Shown here one piece after another: positions 48,851 to 61,156 of a stretch of DNA of 64,000 bases. Position 1 is the stretch's first letter. The number at the start of each line of letters is the position of its first letter. The translations under genes were made by a program, and so were the position numbers. Under the pieces are notes generated by a model, which was not told where the DNA came from, did not search any database, and was given only the letters and a program-made list of their open reading frames with translations. The DNA comes from Selaginella moellendorffii (Eukaryota > Plantae > Lycopodiophyta), in NCBI RefSeq assembly GCF_000143415.4, contig NW_003314281.1:1837882-1901881 (forward strand), read 5' to 3'.

Positions 48851-49029
48851 CCTCAAAACGTACGGTAGATTTTAAACTCCATGAGTTGTACGGGTATGGG
48901 TCTAGGGCTTAGTGATCGTCCTGGGTGATCAAGGTGTTGAGCGCAGGGATGAGGCCCGGATCTCGGCGTCGGCGCTGGCATTTTGGGATACTGCATTCTA
49001 GTAGCAGCGAACAGTGTTGATTCGGGCAA

Positions 49030-51982
49030 ATGCAGGGAGCTGCGTCGGCTGCGCCACAGGCGGAGGCGATCCTGGCATGGCTGCAAGAGGAGATCGGCTA
49101 CAGATCGGCTGGGGATCACGCATTGCCGTCGCCCGAGGCGCTGCGGCGGCTGTGCCGCGGAAATATGCTGCCCGTGTGGAAGTTCTTGGTGGAGAGGGTG
49201 AAATCCGACAAGACGGTGGAGACTGTGCGGCGGAACATCCTCGTACATGGCGGGAGCAGTGGCGCGGCGGAGGAGAGTGGCGATGGGAAAGCCAGGGAGG
49301 AGGGCGGCGCCGCTGCCACCACCAAGGCCGGGAAGAAGAGAGGCGATGGGAAATTCAAGGGGAGGGGCGAGAAGACCCCCGCTGCCGCTGCCAAGGAGGA
49401 GAAAGAACGCGAGAGCAAGGCTCTGGAGGGCGATGATTCGAAGGAGCGAGCTCTCGCGGAGAGGGATTCCGCGGAGAAGGAGGTGGAGAGATTGAAAGGT
49501 GTGATGGCGCGGCTGCAAAAGGACGTGAAGAGCAGGATGCTGGATCTCTCTCGCGAGGAGGGCGAGCGCCAGCGAGTTCTGGATGACAAGTTTAATTCGA
49601 GGTAAGAACTATAGGTCTCTCGAAGTTCTTGAGAACTAAGTTCTTACCTTTTTTTCTTCGTTTTTCCTTCTTGGAAACCAGGCACAAACAAGTCCAGCTT
49701 GAATCGTTCGATCAGCGATGCGAGCAGACTGTGCGGATCTTTGCCGAGTACCGGCGAAGATTGGCAAGGTATGTCGACCGTGCTCGAGAGGCACAAAGAG
49801 GGAAGCTTGCGGAGTCCAAGAAAGAGCAGGACACAGTGTATGCAACGTCGATCAAAGGTGACGATCAGATCCTCATAGAGACTGCGCAGGAAAGGAGTAT
49901 AAGAAAGGCATGCGAGCTGCTATCGTCACAGCTTACTGAGAAGATCACGCTCTCGTTTCCCTCGTACGAAGGACGAGAGAGCCAAGGTGACGCTCAGGCC
50001 ACCGAGGTTGCAAAGCTCGGGTTTGATGATGGAGAAGGCATGGCTGAGGATATCAGGGAGGCTGCACTGAGCCTCTTGAAGAATCCAACGCAGCTCTTGC
50101 GGGCGATGGCGACTTATACTGCTCGAATCGTTGCTTTGATCACCAAAGAAACGGAGAGGATCGACATCCGAGCGGACGCAGAGAAGCTGAGGTTTGTGAG
50201 TGGTGCTAATCTACATGAAGTGTAGGATTCTAACTTGGTGTTTGTACCAGGTACAAGTACGAGAACAACGAAATAGTGGATGATTTGTCCACTGAGCCAG
50301 AAGATTCACCACTTGGGAAGAAGCTTAGCGGTAAAGTTGGATTGGAGATGTCTAATAGGAGAACGAATTGGCAGATTCGCGAGAGACAGGTATAGCGGAA
50401 TACAAGGTTTTTGTCTTTCTTCTAGTCATGAAAGTGTCTTTTGCGTTGCAGAAAGCTCATGTTCAGCAGTTTATGGCAACGGAAGAAGCATTGAACGAAG
50501 CTGCGGAGGCCAAAGCTGCAAGCGACAAGTTAATCAAGTCGCTCACTGGTGGAACGGAGCTCGACTACGTCCAGAACGAGGGAGGGCTTCGCCAACTGGA
50601 GGTAACTCATCTTCTATTTCGTGCGTCGAGCTAAGCCGTTTGTTATTTAGTGCGAGGTGTGGGCCAAGGAGCGGCAGTTAGCTGGTGTCAAGGCAAGCGT
50701 AGCGACACTTACGTTGGAGGTTCAACGTTTGAAAAAGCTATGCGAAGAAAGAAAACAAGCGGAGGATTCCCTGAGGCAAAAGTGGAAAAGAATCGAGGAG
50801 TTCGACGCCCGCCGCAGGGAGCTGGAATCTGTTTACACGGCGTTGATCCGAGCTAATATGGTAAGGAGCAGCTTAGCATTTCATAGGCAAGTTTGGCAGT
50901 CTGGAGAAAATCTCACGAATAATTTGTAGGCAGCTGCTGCTGCGTGGGAGCAACATCCGGCCGCAGCATTCGAGCATTCTGCCAACACAATACTTCCTGT
51001 CTGTAATATGGTACAAGAGAAGACCGTGGGTGCTCAGGACCTCTTAGAAAGAGAAGCCACCATTTTTCAGAGAAGCCCGGACAACCGGCTGTATATGCTG
51101 CCTGTCACACCTCAGGTGTGTGAATTGGAACTTTTTCTTTCTCTGCTCAAGGCTGTTTTGTTTTTTAAAAAACTACAGGCACTCGTTGAAGCCATGGGAA
51201 TCAGCTCTATGCTAGGCCCTGAGGCGATAGCGGCAGCGGAGAGAAATGCCGACATGGTTGCTGCCAGAGCTGGTGCAGGCGACCCTTCAGCGATGGCGTC
51301 AATCTGCCGGATAGCTGCAGCATCACAATACTCGCAAGGTATGTAAATTTGTTTCATCCGTCAAACAAGTTTTCCTCTTTCTTTTTTTTCGTATTGTAGG
51401 AGCTGAAGCACAAGATGCTGGCATGATAGCCATTGTGGAAGCGCTGAGGTTCTGTCTCAAGCCTTGCTCTTCTCCGGCGAGCCTTCTGGAAAACCTGGCG
51501 CGCTCCATCAACTTGGTTCAGACACTGAGAGATCTCGTTGGCAGCGGACGAGCTCTTTTGACAGCAGCAAACATCTCCAGACCCGACTACGAAAAGTAAA
51601 GAACAAAAACACCAGATAAACGTTTTCCAAGTCTCACTCCTTTGGATGCTTTGCTCCAGAACTGCGAACGCGTGTGCTGTGACAACCAAAGAGCAGGAGC
51701 TCATTGCTCTCGAGGAATGGTTACCGAGTCTCAAGCACGCGGTCCTCGAAGCGCACAAGTGCCTGGAAGATTGCCATCGAGTTCGCGGCCTGGTAATCTT
51801 ACTTCTCGTCTCATCAGCTGGATTTGACACGAGATTTACTTCTCGCGCAGGTGAACGAGTGGTGGGAGCAGCCAGCTGCAACCGCGGTGGATTGGATCAC
51901 GGTCGATGGCCAAAACGCTGCTGCCTGGCTCGCTCACGTCAAGCAGCTCCAAAACGCCTTCTATGAAAAGCAGCTGCTGTGA
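49030..51982 (+). CDS. AUG5: AUGMIN (HAUS) complex subunit 5; multi-exon, intact
   Basis: N-terminus [14 protein letters not shown]...[34 protein letters not shown] and C-terminus [27 protein letters not shown]...KQLL* match plant AUG5. GT-AG introns. Confidence 0.88.
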
Positions 51983-52180
51983 CGAGATTTGGATGGGAAG
52001 AAGTGCTCTTCCTTCTGTAAAGCTCTACGCCGTGTTGGAAGTACCACCGTTGCCACGTAAGCATTAAAAACCGTTGCGACCTTATTGGGGAATATTCGCC
52101 AATTTGGCGCCTCAAAATTAGGGATAGGACTCTTTAGGGTTCTTGGAGCTCGGCGATTTGATCGCACGCCGTGTTCGTCA

Positions 52181-53250
52181 ATGCATCCCGCTGTGCGTGT
52201 CGCCACAGCGGGCCGCATCGGCTATCCTGTGAACTATGATCCGGGGGATCACGTCATGCCGCCGCCGCCGCAACATGTATGGGCATTTTCTTCGATTTCC
52301 GGTTTCTTCGATTCGGTCCTGCTCGATGTCCGGCGTCGTCGCGTTCTGGTCTTGATTTTCCTGGAGCACAGGGATAGATCCAAGGATGAGAATGGTGAGG
52401 GGTTTTATTTCCTGTGTAGGCCAAAGAAATCCATGACTTTGTGGATATTGAGTCCACTGCCGATCCACTTGAGAAGCGTCCTATAAAATGGAGGAGCGCG
52501 CCTGTTAGCAGGGTGAATCCAAAGTTTACCCGGGAGGTGTCACACATGAAGCTGGATAACATCTGTACCGTGGAAACTCGCGTTCACGACCCAAAGCTCC
52601 GGGCTCTCCAGTGCTGGTATCTTCCGAAACTTAAGAGACAGCCTCGTCCTCCTGGTGCCAAGGCCGAGGATGCGCCGAGGATGTTCCGGGTAAGCTTTTG
52701 TTTTCTCTTTTAAATTGAAGTTTGTTTGTTTACTCGTTTCTTCTTTTCAGATCCAAAGGCCTAGCAGGTTTTTTGCGAGGCCGGAAATGTGGGGCGCCTG
52801 GAACATCAGCACCGAAGTTCCATCACCCAGAGAAAGAGAGCGTATGACAAGAAGGACGTAAGGCTTTTCCCCAAGAGGTTTTTGTGCTCACTAAGTTAAG
52901 TTGCGGAAACTTTTCTTGTTGCAGCTTAAGAGATGACCGAAAGAACACCCAGCGTTTCTTTCATAGAAACGAGGATTCTATCTCGGCACTAAGGAATATG
53001 TACAAACGTGGTGAGAAGCCTCGGAAGGAGGTTCATGCTGCCAAGGTTTATATAGAGTACGTTGTCCACTGGGATTTTTGTCAGGAATTCATGCGAGCTT
53101 GCGTGTTGTTTGCAGTCATTTGAAGAAGAGAAAGCAAGACATCGAAGCTGTGCTGAACCTGGACGCATTGAGTCACGCTTTGAAGTTTTTTGATGGATGG
53201 GACTCGTCTTCTATGGCACCGAGCAGTGGAGGTGGATGCGAAGACTGAAA
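52181..53250 (+). CDS. Uncharacterised multi-exon gene Y (model uncertain)
   Basis: Exon-like blocks bounded by GT/AG (AKEIHDFVDIESTADPLEKRP...MFR; IQRPSRFFARPEMWG; LRDDRKNTQRFFHRNE). Start and stop not firmly resolved. Confidence 0.4.
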
Positions 53251-53490
53251 GCGGCTCTTCGTTCATCGTCGTCAATTGTCCACTAGATCAAGTCCTACTT
53301 CGAAAACAAGAGCTCCAAGAGCTTTCTTCTTGTACAGGTTATTAGTGCAAGGTATGAGTTAATTTTTTTTCAGAGCTTTCTCGTTTTCGCTGATGTATCA
53401 CGGCTGAATCTGACTAGTTTTTTATTGGAGCAATCTACAGCTTTTAAATCTGGAAGCACTAGAAAATAGCGTTAACAGATGGTCGACTTG

Positions 53491-55573
53491 TCAGGTGTGT
53501 CTACTCCTGTTTCTGTTCCAATGGGATTGTTTGTACTTGCTTTCAGATAGCAAGCATGTCGGTGGCAGTACGTATCTCGCAGATGATCCGTAAGCGTTTT
53601 GGCAAAAGCTGCTAGCTTGGCTGTTCTTGTATTGTAAGGCCACGTCGTCGAGAGAAATCTTATGACAAGGATTCGTCGGATTGCAACGAAACATGACTGC
53701 AACTTGTGAAGCAGAGGATCCTTTTATGTCTGAATATTTTACGTTACTTATTAGAAGTCCTCGCTTCGACGCTCCTGCCATCTGCGGTTCCAAGTAAGTA
53801 TACACCTCAATAAAAGCCTGCTTACCCGCTTTGGTGTGCAGGTTCCAGAGTGTTCGTGGTCGCAGTAATATTGATCAATAAGGATTGGGTTTTTTACACG
53901 CAGCATGGTAATGTGTTCGAAGACGAAGTCGTGTGCCCATCCTCGTCCACCCTGCCACAGAACAAGCAAACCAACGTTTTGAAAGTCGGTAATACTTCGT
54001 TTACCTCCCATGTTTTGATCCTCAGGCCATTCTGTGTATCTCTTAGGAAAGCGTTTCGGACTTTTACATGCGAGACGCGGTCGAAACTTTGCCTTTTCTT
54101 CCCTAAGCTTCCGATGCTACATCATCAAAGAGAAAAGGTGAGGCAGCGAACTCTAGCTCTTGCCTGAGCACCTGATTCCATGGCCAGGGCCGCAGGAGAC
54201 ATCCTCTATTACGACGTGTGATGTGCCGGGGCCAATGGATATGCAGTCGTCACCTATCAGGATAATAAGATAACAACCTTTCGAACTTTCAACAACAAGT
54301 ACCTGTGGAAATGGTGGTTTGGACTATTGACACCGATTCCGAACGTTCGAGGTGTATCCCATCCGTGTTGGGACTGTCTTCTGGCGAAGAAACCGTCAAG
54401 TGCCTCAAAACTGCATTCGAGCAAGATGAAAGATCAAGATGCATTTGCTGGCTGTTGGTGATTGTCAGCCCGTCCACTTCAACGTGCTGGCAATGTCTGA
54501 AAGTAAGTGCCTACAAGAAAAGAGACTTCCAGTTTCTTTATAGAAAAAAAGCAGTGGCGAATACTTACTGTAGGTGCTCGTCGACATGGCTAAGAAAAAA
54601 AGAGGTGAGTAGTCTGTCTTTTTAACGTCTCGATGCAAAAGCTTACTTCGTTAACGTTGCGCTTGCAGGACTGCATCCACCAGTTTTGGCCTTTCCCGTC
54701 AATTGTACCCGTTCCAACCAGTCTAAAGTTCGTGACTCTTTTTATGAGAATCCATGTCTGGATGTCGAAGCCTTTCCACAGATTCCGGTTATCAGGTGCT
54801 ATGACGCTCCCATCTATCTGGTATTATTTTGATATAAAGGTGAGAGGCGTCGTCGCAAGCCATACCTGTAAAGTGAAGTTGTTTTGGCATGGACCTTTTA
54901 GCGTGACTGGATACACGAGGTAAACTTGCCCACTTGGCACCAGCATCATAGAGCTTTTGTTTTTCCTTTGCCGGCATGCCCGCTGCCAGGTGCTGATAAA
55001 GGACTGCACTAACCACGGCCCTGCTTCGTGAATGAAACAGAAAAATGAGCATCGTGTACGTACCTGGGTGTCGTTTGCGATGCCGTTCCCAATGGCTCCA
55101 AAGTCATCCACGCTGAAGACCCCTTCGTATTCTCTGCGTCCAGTCGAAGATGGCGGCGGTCTGAGAGAAGACGTCGGCGGAGCGGGTGCTATAAAATCAA
55201 AAGACGACGGCGCAAGCGACGACAGGTCGGACGCCTGTGGAGCTAGAGACGCCAGTCTGTGATCGTTAGCAGCACCAGGTGCAAGAGGTTCTATCACAAA
55301 TGCTGGGCCGGGAGTCTGCTGTGGACTGGACTGGGGTGGATTCGGGAAAAAGCTAGGATTCGGCTCAAAAGCAAAAGGTGGACGGCTGCTACTTTCCTGC
55401 TGCTGTGGTCCATCTGGTGCTGGCGAACTCGACTGAAAAGGTGGCTGCCAAGACAGAGGCCTTTCACCTGGCGGCAGCAAGTCGGGCGGCGGTGCTTTTG
55501 TGATCGACGACGCGTCTCTCATCATGCACGCCGTCGTTACAAGTAGCAGCAGGAACAATGAACTCGTCGTCAT
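53491..55573 (-). CDS. Polygalacturonase (GH28) with signal peptide and Pro/Ser-rich N-terminal extension; multi-exon
   Basis: [17 protein letters not shown] signal, [12 protein letters not shown], and the catalytic motifs SPNTDG, GDD, GPGHG and RIKT. Confidence 0.92.
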
Positions 55574-55977
55574 TGCTGTTCCAGCAGCAGCAGGACGGCA
55601 ACAGCATGTCCGACGACGGGAGCAAAGGCATATGACGGTGTGTAGGCGTCCAGCGAAACCAGGGGACCGGGAACAGGAAGAAACGCAAAGAATGCCGGGT
55701 GTGCTGCTGTACCGTCCAGAGCTGAGACACGATTCTTCGCGGCATCGTATTAAAATGCTCAAAATGCCGAACGCATTGTGCACCGGTTTAGAGTGTTTAA
55801 GACAGGGAAAACCGGGACAACACCAAGATTGCCATCAGTCCTATCGTCCACTGACACCAACGTGCCTGGCGTGGCTATCTCGACGTTAGCTCGTTACATG
55901 GGAGAAAAGCTGCAAAAGTCAGTTACGCAGCAAACCCGAGCTTTTACTACTATAAGTCAGGTACTTCACCAATTTTC

Positions 55978-56698
55978 TTATTGCCTTGGCATGACTATCT
56001 TTACGAACTCGGGGTAGCTAACTTTGCCATCTTTGTCTGTGTCAGCTTCTCTCACCATGTCTGCGATCTCTTCGTCCGTGAACGACTCGCCGAGCTGGTG
56101 CATAACATGCTTTAACTGCGAGGGAATACGTACGTATAAAAAAGAGAAAAAAGACAGCTTTTCTTTTTTCTCGTTACCTCAATCTCTGTGATAAAACCAT
56201 CTCTGTTTCTGTCCAGGACTGTGAAGGCTTCCTTGAGATCTTCCTCGGCATCTGCGTCCTGTGAAGATCATGGAAAGATCTGGGGGAGCATCACTCAGCT
56301 TGTCCCAAGAAGCAAGCTCGCGACAAGGGTACATACCTTCATCTTGCGGGCCATGAGCACCAGAAATTCTGTCCAGTCGATTGTGCCGTTGCCATCGACG
56401 TCCACCTCGTTGATCATGTCCAGGAGCTCCGTGTCGCTGGGGTTTTGTCCCAAGGAACGCATCACAATGCCCAGTTCCTTGGTGGTGATGGATCCTGGCG
56501 ACGGTGACGAGTGTGTAAGTTTTTCTATTCTCTTTCGCTTCATTTTCAGTTGCTTCTTTTTTTCAGGAAGACAAGAAGAGTACCATCTCCATCCTTGTCG
56601 AAGAGGCTGAAGGCATCCCTGAACTCTCGCAGTTGCTCCTCGGTGAGCCCCTCGATGATCTTGTCTTGGCTGGCAGTGCTCGTCTCGGACGCCTCCAT
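55978..56698 (-). CDS. Calmodulin-like protein with four EF-hands; multi-exon
   Basis: MEASETST...[24 protein letters not shown] loops [48 protein letters not shown]. Confidence 0.9.
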
Positions 56699-57057
56699 GC
56701 TGCCGCGCCAATTGTGGCGGTTACAAAGCGAGCATATTCTGGTTCAACTCAAACTGTGTAAGTTTCTTATAAGATCGTTTTGTGTTATTGCAGTGACATG
56801 TCATGGTAAGCAAACTTCCGTCCTGCCTCTGCCGGAATTTTCACGTAAAACGATCTAACTTCTGCTTTGTTGAAGGTGCAACGAACTCTCGATTCAACGA
56901 TTTTTACGTGGAAAGTCTTTTAAAATTCGAGTCGGAAGAAACAGCACGCGGTCCTTTTGTCTGGCTCTTCGTTCGCACGCTGGACCTTGTCCGACCGATT
57001 GGAGTGGAACCAGTCGCTGGGATCTATAAAACCGCGAGGTATTTCCATCCATTTGTC

Positions 57058-57273
57058 ATGGCTCGCAAGTTTCACGCATTGCTCTTGGCAGTGCTGCTTC
57101 TTCTTGCGCTTGGGAGCAATCGCACTGAGGCGAGTCGCTCGAAATTGGTGGGTAGCAGTGGAGAGCAATCACGCGCAAGCTCGCAAAAGTCCACAGATCC
57201 TTCGGGATCATCCTCGCAGGGAATCGATATAGATGGCAATAGATACAATGTAGTCACTACTGTGAGAGGATGA
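57058..57273 (+). CDS. Putative small secreted Cys-free peptide precursor (71 aa)
   Basis: ctataaaa 34 bp upstream. MARKFHALLLAVLLLLALGSNRTEA signal peptide, Ser-rich linker, C-terminal DIDGNRYNVVTTVRG. Confidence 0.6.
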   Translation: MARKFHALLLAVLLLLALGSNRTEASRSKLVGSSGEQSRASSQKSTDPSGSSSQGIDIDGNRYNVVTTVRG

Positions 57274-57402
57274 CGCGCGGTATATATCATTCGTCCATGA
57301 CGCGCGGTGCGCCGCCGTAAAAGCTTTGTTAGTTCCAACCAAGCACAATTATCAGAGTCGAGAGCAGCACAATGCTTAGATAAACATCTGTCAAAAAGTT
57401 CT

Positions 57403-57474
57403 CGCCGTTGCCGGGGATCGAACCCGGGTCGTCCGCGTGACAGGCGGAAATACTCACCACTATACTACAACGAC
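57403..57474 (-). tRNA. tRNA-Asp (anticodon GUC), copy 1
   Basis: Reverse complement gtcgttgtagtatagtggtgagtatttccgcctGTCacgcggacgacccgggttcgatccccggcaacggcg folds as a cloverleaf; T-run terminator downstream. Confidence 0.95.
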
Positions 57475-57537
57475 ATTAGACAATCAGTAGACCCAAATAT
57501 TTGTTGTTACTGCTATCACTTCCGGAATGGCGGTGCT

Positions 57538-58659
57538 TTACTCTTTGAAGAAGTGTATGAGCAAGGAGTTCACTTCCTCGGGCGAGTCTTCCTCCACGAA
57601 ATGGCCGCCGGGAACAACAGCGACATCGACAAGGTTGGGAACGTCTCGCTTCATTCCACCGCCGGTCACGTACTCGTCCAGGCCCGGGACCTTGCGCACG
57701 TAGTCGTCTTTGCCAGTGATGTAGAGGCAGCGGCTCGTCACTGCCATGTTGATCCAGGGAGCCAAGAGCTCAAACGTCCTGCGCCCAAAATCGATCAAAC
57801 TCGATCCAGGAAACGCGCGTACAAACCTCATGAGATTGCGATACGTGAAGCACAACGGGCCTTCGAAACCGGACTTCTCGTAGAGCTCCGACTGGACTTT
57901 GATAAACTCCTCGGTGAGCCAACTCGGGGTGGTGTCCGAGGTGGTGACCAAATCCATGATCTCCTCGTCAGGCCCGGCGATCTGGAGCTCGGACCGGCAG
58001 AAAAGCGTGTAAATGTTCTTGAGCACGGTGGCCGTGTCGAATCGAGCGAAGTCTTTCTCGGCTCGCCCAGGCACCTGGAAACGAATTATAGATCAGCCGT
58101 GAGCAGCAGCATTCACGGACTTACAGCAAAGCGATTCACGTAGAATCCTTCTTCCGTGGGAAATCCAAAAGGTGGAGCTCCTCCGGCTCCCGTGAAGGGA
58201 ACTCCAAGAGAAGCATAGGCTCTCACTAGATCCGGCCTCATGCGACACATGTTCCAGCCGATGAATGCTCCAATGTCATGACCAACAACGAACACCTACG
58301 ATCGAGAGGATTACAAACAGTAGGAAGGAAGAGCTCATCAAGGATCACGTACAGGGTCTCCTCCAAGGGCATAGACGAGACCCACAATGTCTCCCAGGAG
58401 ATCCAGGGGCGAGAGCTTCAAGTTGCCGGATGAATCCTTGGGACACTCGGTGAGCCCAAAGCCTCGCAAGTCTGGAGCAACGGCGTGGAATCCAGCGTCC
58501 GCCAGCGCCTTGAGTTGGAACCTCCATGTATACCACGTCTCAGGGAAGCCATGGAGCAGCAGCACGGTCGGCCCTCCTGATCAAATCATTGTCGCAAAAT
58601 TCATCTTTCTCTCCTTTCGGTTTTAGTACGATAATGCGGTGCGTGGCTCCTTCCGCCAT
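57538..58659 (-). pseudogene. Soluble epoxide hydrolase (alpha/beta hydrolase) with an apparently disrupted first exon
   Basis: HGFP, APDLRG, GHDIG nucleophile, GKDD, GGHF. Exon 1 (MAEGATHRII) does not join exon 2 in frame, either unspliced or via the GT..AG pairs 58629..58577 or 58629..58574. Confidence 0.65.
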
Positions 58660-58940
58660 GGCCAGTGAAGAATGCAAGAACTCTTTGCGCTAAGATTCCA
58701 CAGTAAACAAGCATAAAAAAACGCCATCAATGCCAACCTGACGTATGATGATCGACTCTACGAGTCCATGACCTCGACCGCAAACTCTCATGATCATGAA
58801 ATGAATCGAATTTATTGGTTTGTTGTTGCCAATGATACACCAGTATCTTAAACCTCTTGAAAAAATTCTTCTTCTCTACGTAGCGGTAACTTCTTTGCTA
58901 TCTATATATGGCATGAAGGATTAAACACCAATCCTACTCT

Positions 58941-59012
58941 CGCCGTTGCCGGGGATCGAACCCGGGTCGTCCGCGTGACAGGCGGAAATACTCACCACTA
59001 TACTACAACGAC
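58941..59012 (-). tRNA. tRNA-Asp (anticodon GUC), copy 2
   Basis: Identical to 57403..57474. Confidence 0.95.
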
Positions 59013-59194
59013 AATACACTTTAAAAATCGTCGCGAGTTCCACACTTTGTTCTTGGCAGCGAGTTACCACATCTGATCATGCGTTGCTTCGCAATCACCC
59101 AAGGTGTGATTGATGGAAACTCTACTGCAGGAACAAAAAAGAATACGACCGTATAGAATATAAAAGCCAGCCAAAAACAAAACACCGCCTCTCT

Positions 59195-60851
59195 TCACTT
59201 GAAGCACTTAGCCTCGAGCAGCTTCTCGCCCTCGATCACGTCCGGCTCTTCGAAGTAAGCGTTGATGCGCTCCTTGTGGACGTGATCCGTGGGGTCGGCC
59301 TTGGTCCACTCGTACAGCTCCAGATCGTAGCACTCGTCCCTGACTTGCTGCGGGATCTCCGGCCCCCGGAACAGCCACACCCCCTTGATCTTGTACGGCG
59401 GTTGGTCGCCCAGGATGCAAATCTTGGCGAACGCGTACTTCCGGATGAAATCCATGCGCTGCAGGAATCCCGACACCTTGTTCATCGTCACGAAAGGCAC
59501 CGTGTTCTCATCGTTGTACTTGTAGTCGCAGAACCACAGGGAGTATCCCTCGGGGTCATACATGTCCCAGAATCCTGCAAGGGAAGAGATCAGAATCAGC
59601 ATTTTCAAGCGATCAATGGAAACACCACTTGTACCTTTGAGAGCAACTTCTGCGAAGTCCTTGGCCTTGGTGTTGGAGTAGAGCCTCTTCCAGTCGTCCA
59701 AAACCATGGGACTCGGTGGCAGCAAGTCGAGAGGATTCTTGGCTTTCGGCTTGGGAGCCTCCTCCTCATCAGCGGCCGGGGCCTCCTCTTTCGGCTTGGG
59801 TGGCGCCTCTTCCTTGGGCTTGGGCTTGGGAGCCTCCGCTTTCGCCTTTGATGGCCTTGGAGTCTGCGAGCCTCGCGGTGCCTGTCCCTTGGCAGGGGGA
59901 GGGGGGAGCTCCACTGAACCACGGACAATCTCCCCGAGGATTTTCTTGAACGCCGGCTGAGCGGAAACGGTCCAGAAGTATCTCTCGACGTGAGGGAAAG
60001 GGGCCATGAACTCCTCCGAAAAAACTCCCGACCGGAATCCCCAGGTCAAGTTGCAGATTGTGATTACGTCCGCCAGGGTAACGAAGTGACCCACGAGATA
60101 TGTCCGAGATGCGAGGTAACTGTTGAGGGCACCGAAAGCCCGCTTGATCGCCTCAATGGCATGCTCTTCCACCTTCACAAGAATTACACAAGTCACAAAC
60201 GCCTGGAGAACAGCTAGAAGAAGCAAAGTACAAACCTCTGGCGCGTAAGGGAGGTATCCAAAGCGTGGATACAACCACCTCCCCAAGCTGGTATCGACTT
60301 CGGTAGTCGCGAAGTCAATCCACTGATCAACGAGGGCCTAGAGAGAAAAAAGCAAAAACGTAAACATAGAACCTAGACATGGAAGATAGAAGCACAACAA
60401 ATGCTACTTACAGTCTGATACACTGTCGACCCGGTCAGTTTTCCCTTGAGATTGGCCACTGAAAATCCAGCAAACAATGTTAGTACGTCTCTTGCCAAAA
60501 CCAGGATCTTCTCACCGTATCTAGCAATCGCATTGCTCTCACTGATCGGACCATCCGGTGTCTCTAGCACGGGCACCTAAAAGAAAATTCATCACAAATC
60601 GCCCAGCGCTCATCCAAAATTCTCACCTTTCCCAACGGATTCAGCTTCAAGAACTCGGGCGTCTTGTTGCTCACTCCCATCTCGAAATCAGGAACCAGAT
60701 CGACCTTGACTCCCACAATCTCGGCCACGATGAGAACTTTGTGCGCATTTTTGTTGATCCCGGCATTCACATGGAGTACCTGCGCGAGAATTCAGCTGAG
60801 CGCCTGCAAATCGACGAGGAAAGAGAAGCAATCACGCACCAGTCCCGCCAT
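59195..60851 (-). CDS. EEF1G: Translation elongation factor 1B gamma; multi-exon
   Basis: GST-like N-terminus (NKTPEFLKLNPLGKVPVLETPDG, ESNAIARY), Lys/Pro linker, KNPLDLLPPS, LDDWKRLYSN, FLQRMD, C-terminal AKCFK. Exon 1 MAGL at 60851..60840. Confidence 0.95.
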
Positions 60852-61156
60852 CGCGCTCGCGCTCGGCCCTCCTCGTTGTTAACCCTAGCCGCCAATAAAT
60901 CTTCATCTAGGGCTCGTTTGGACGCATCCCCGCCGTCTGTTCAGATCCGGCGAATATCCTAGAGCATCTATTTGCCGAACTCCCAGATTTTCCATTCAAG
61001 AACACTGGCTCGGCCAGATTTGTGGCAGTCTTAGGTAGGGAATCCAGGCGCGGCTTGAGCGTTAGGTTCTCTCCTTTGAGCATGGCTGCGATTCTAGGGT
61101 CTCTTGCTCGGTCGATTCTTTCTTCTAGAGCATGAGGAAGGTTTTTCGATCCAACG

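Noticed and set aside
57307-58143. 278-aa plus-strand ORF
   Set aside because: Runs antisense through tRNA-Asp and the epoxide hydrolase exons; not protein-like.
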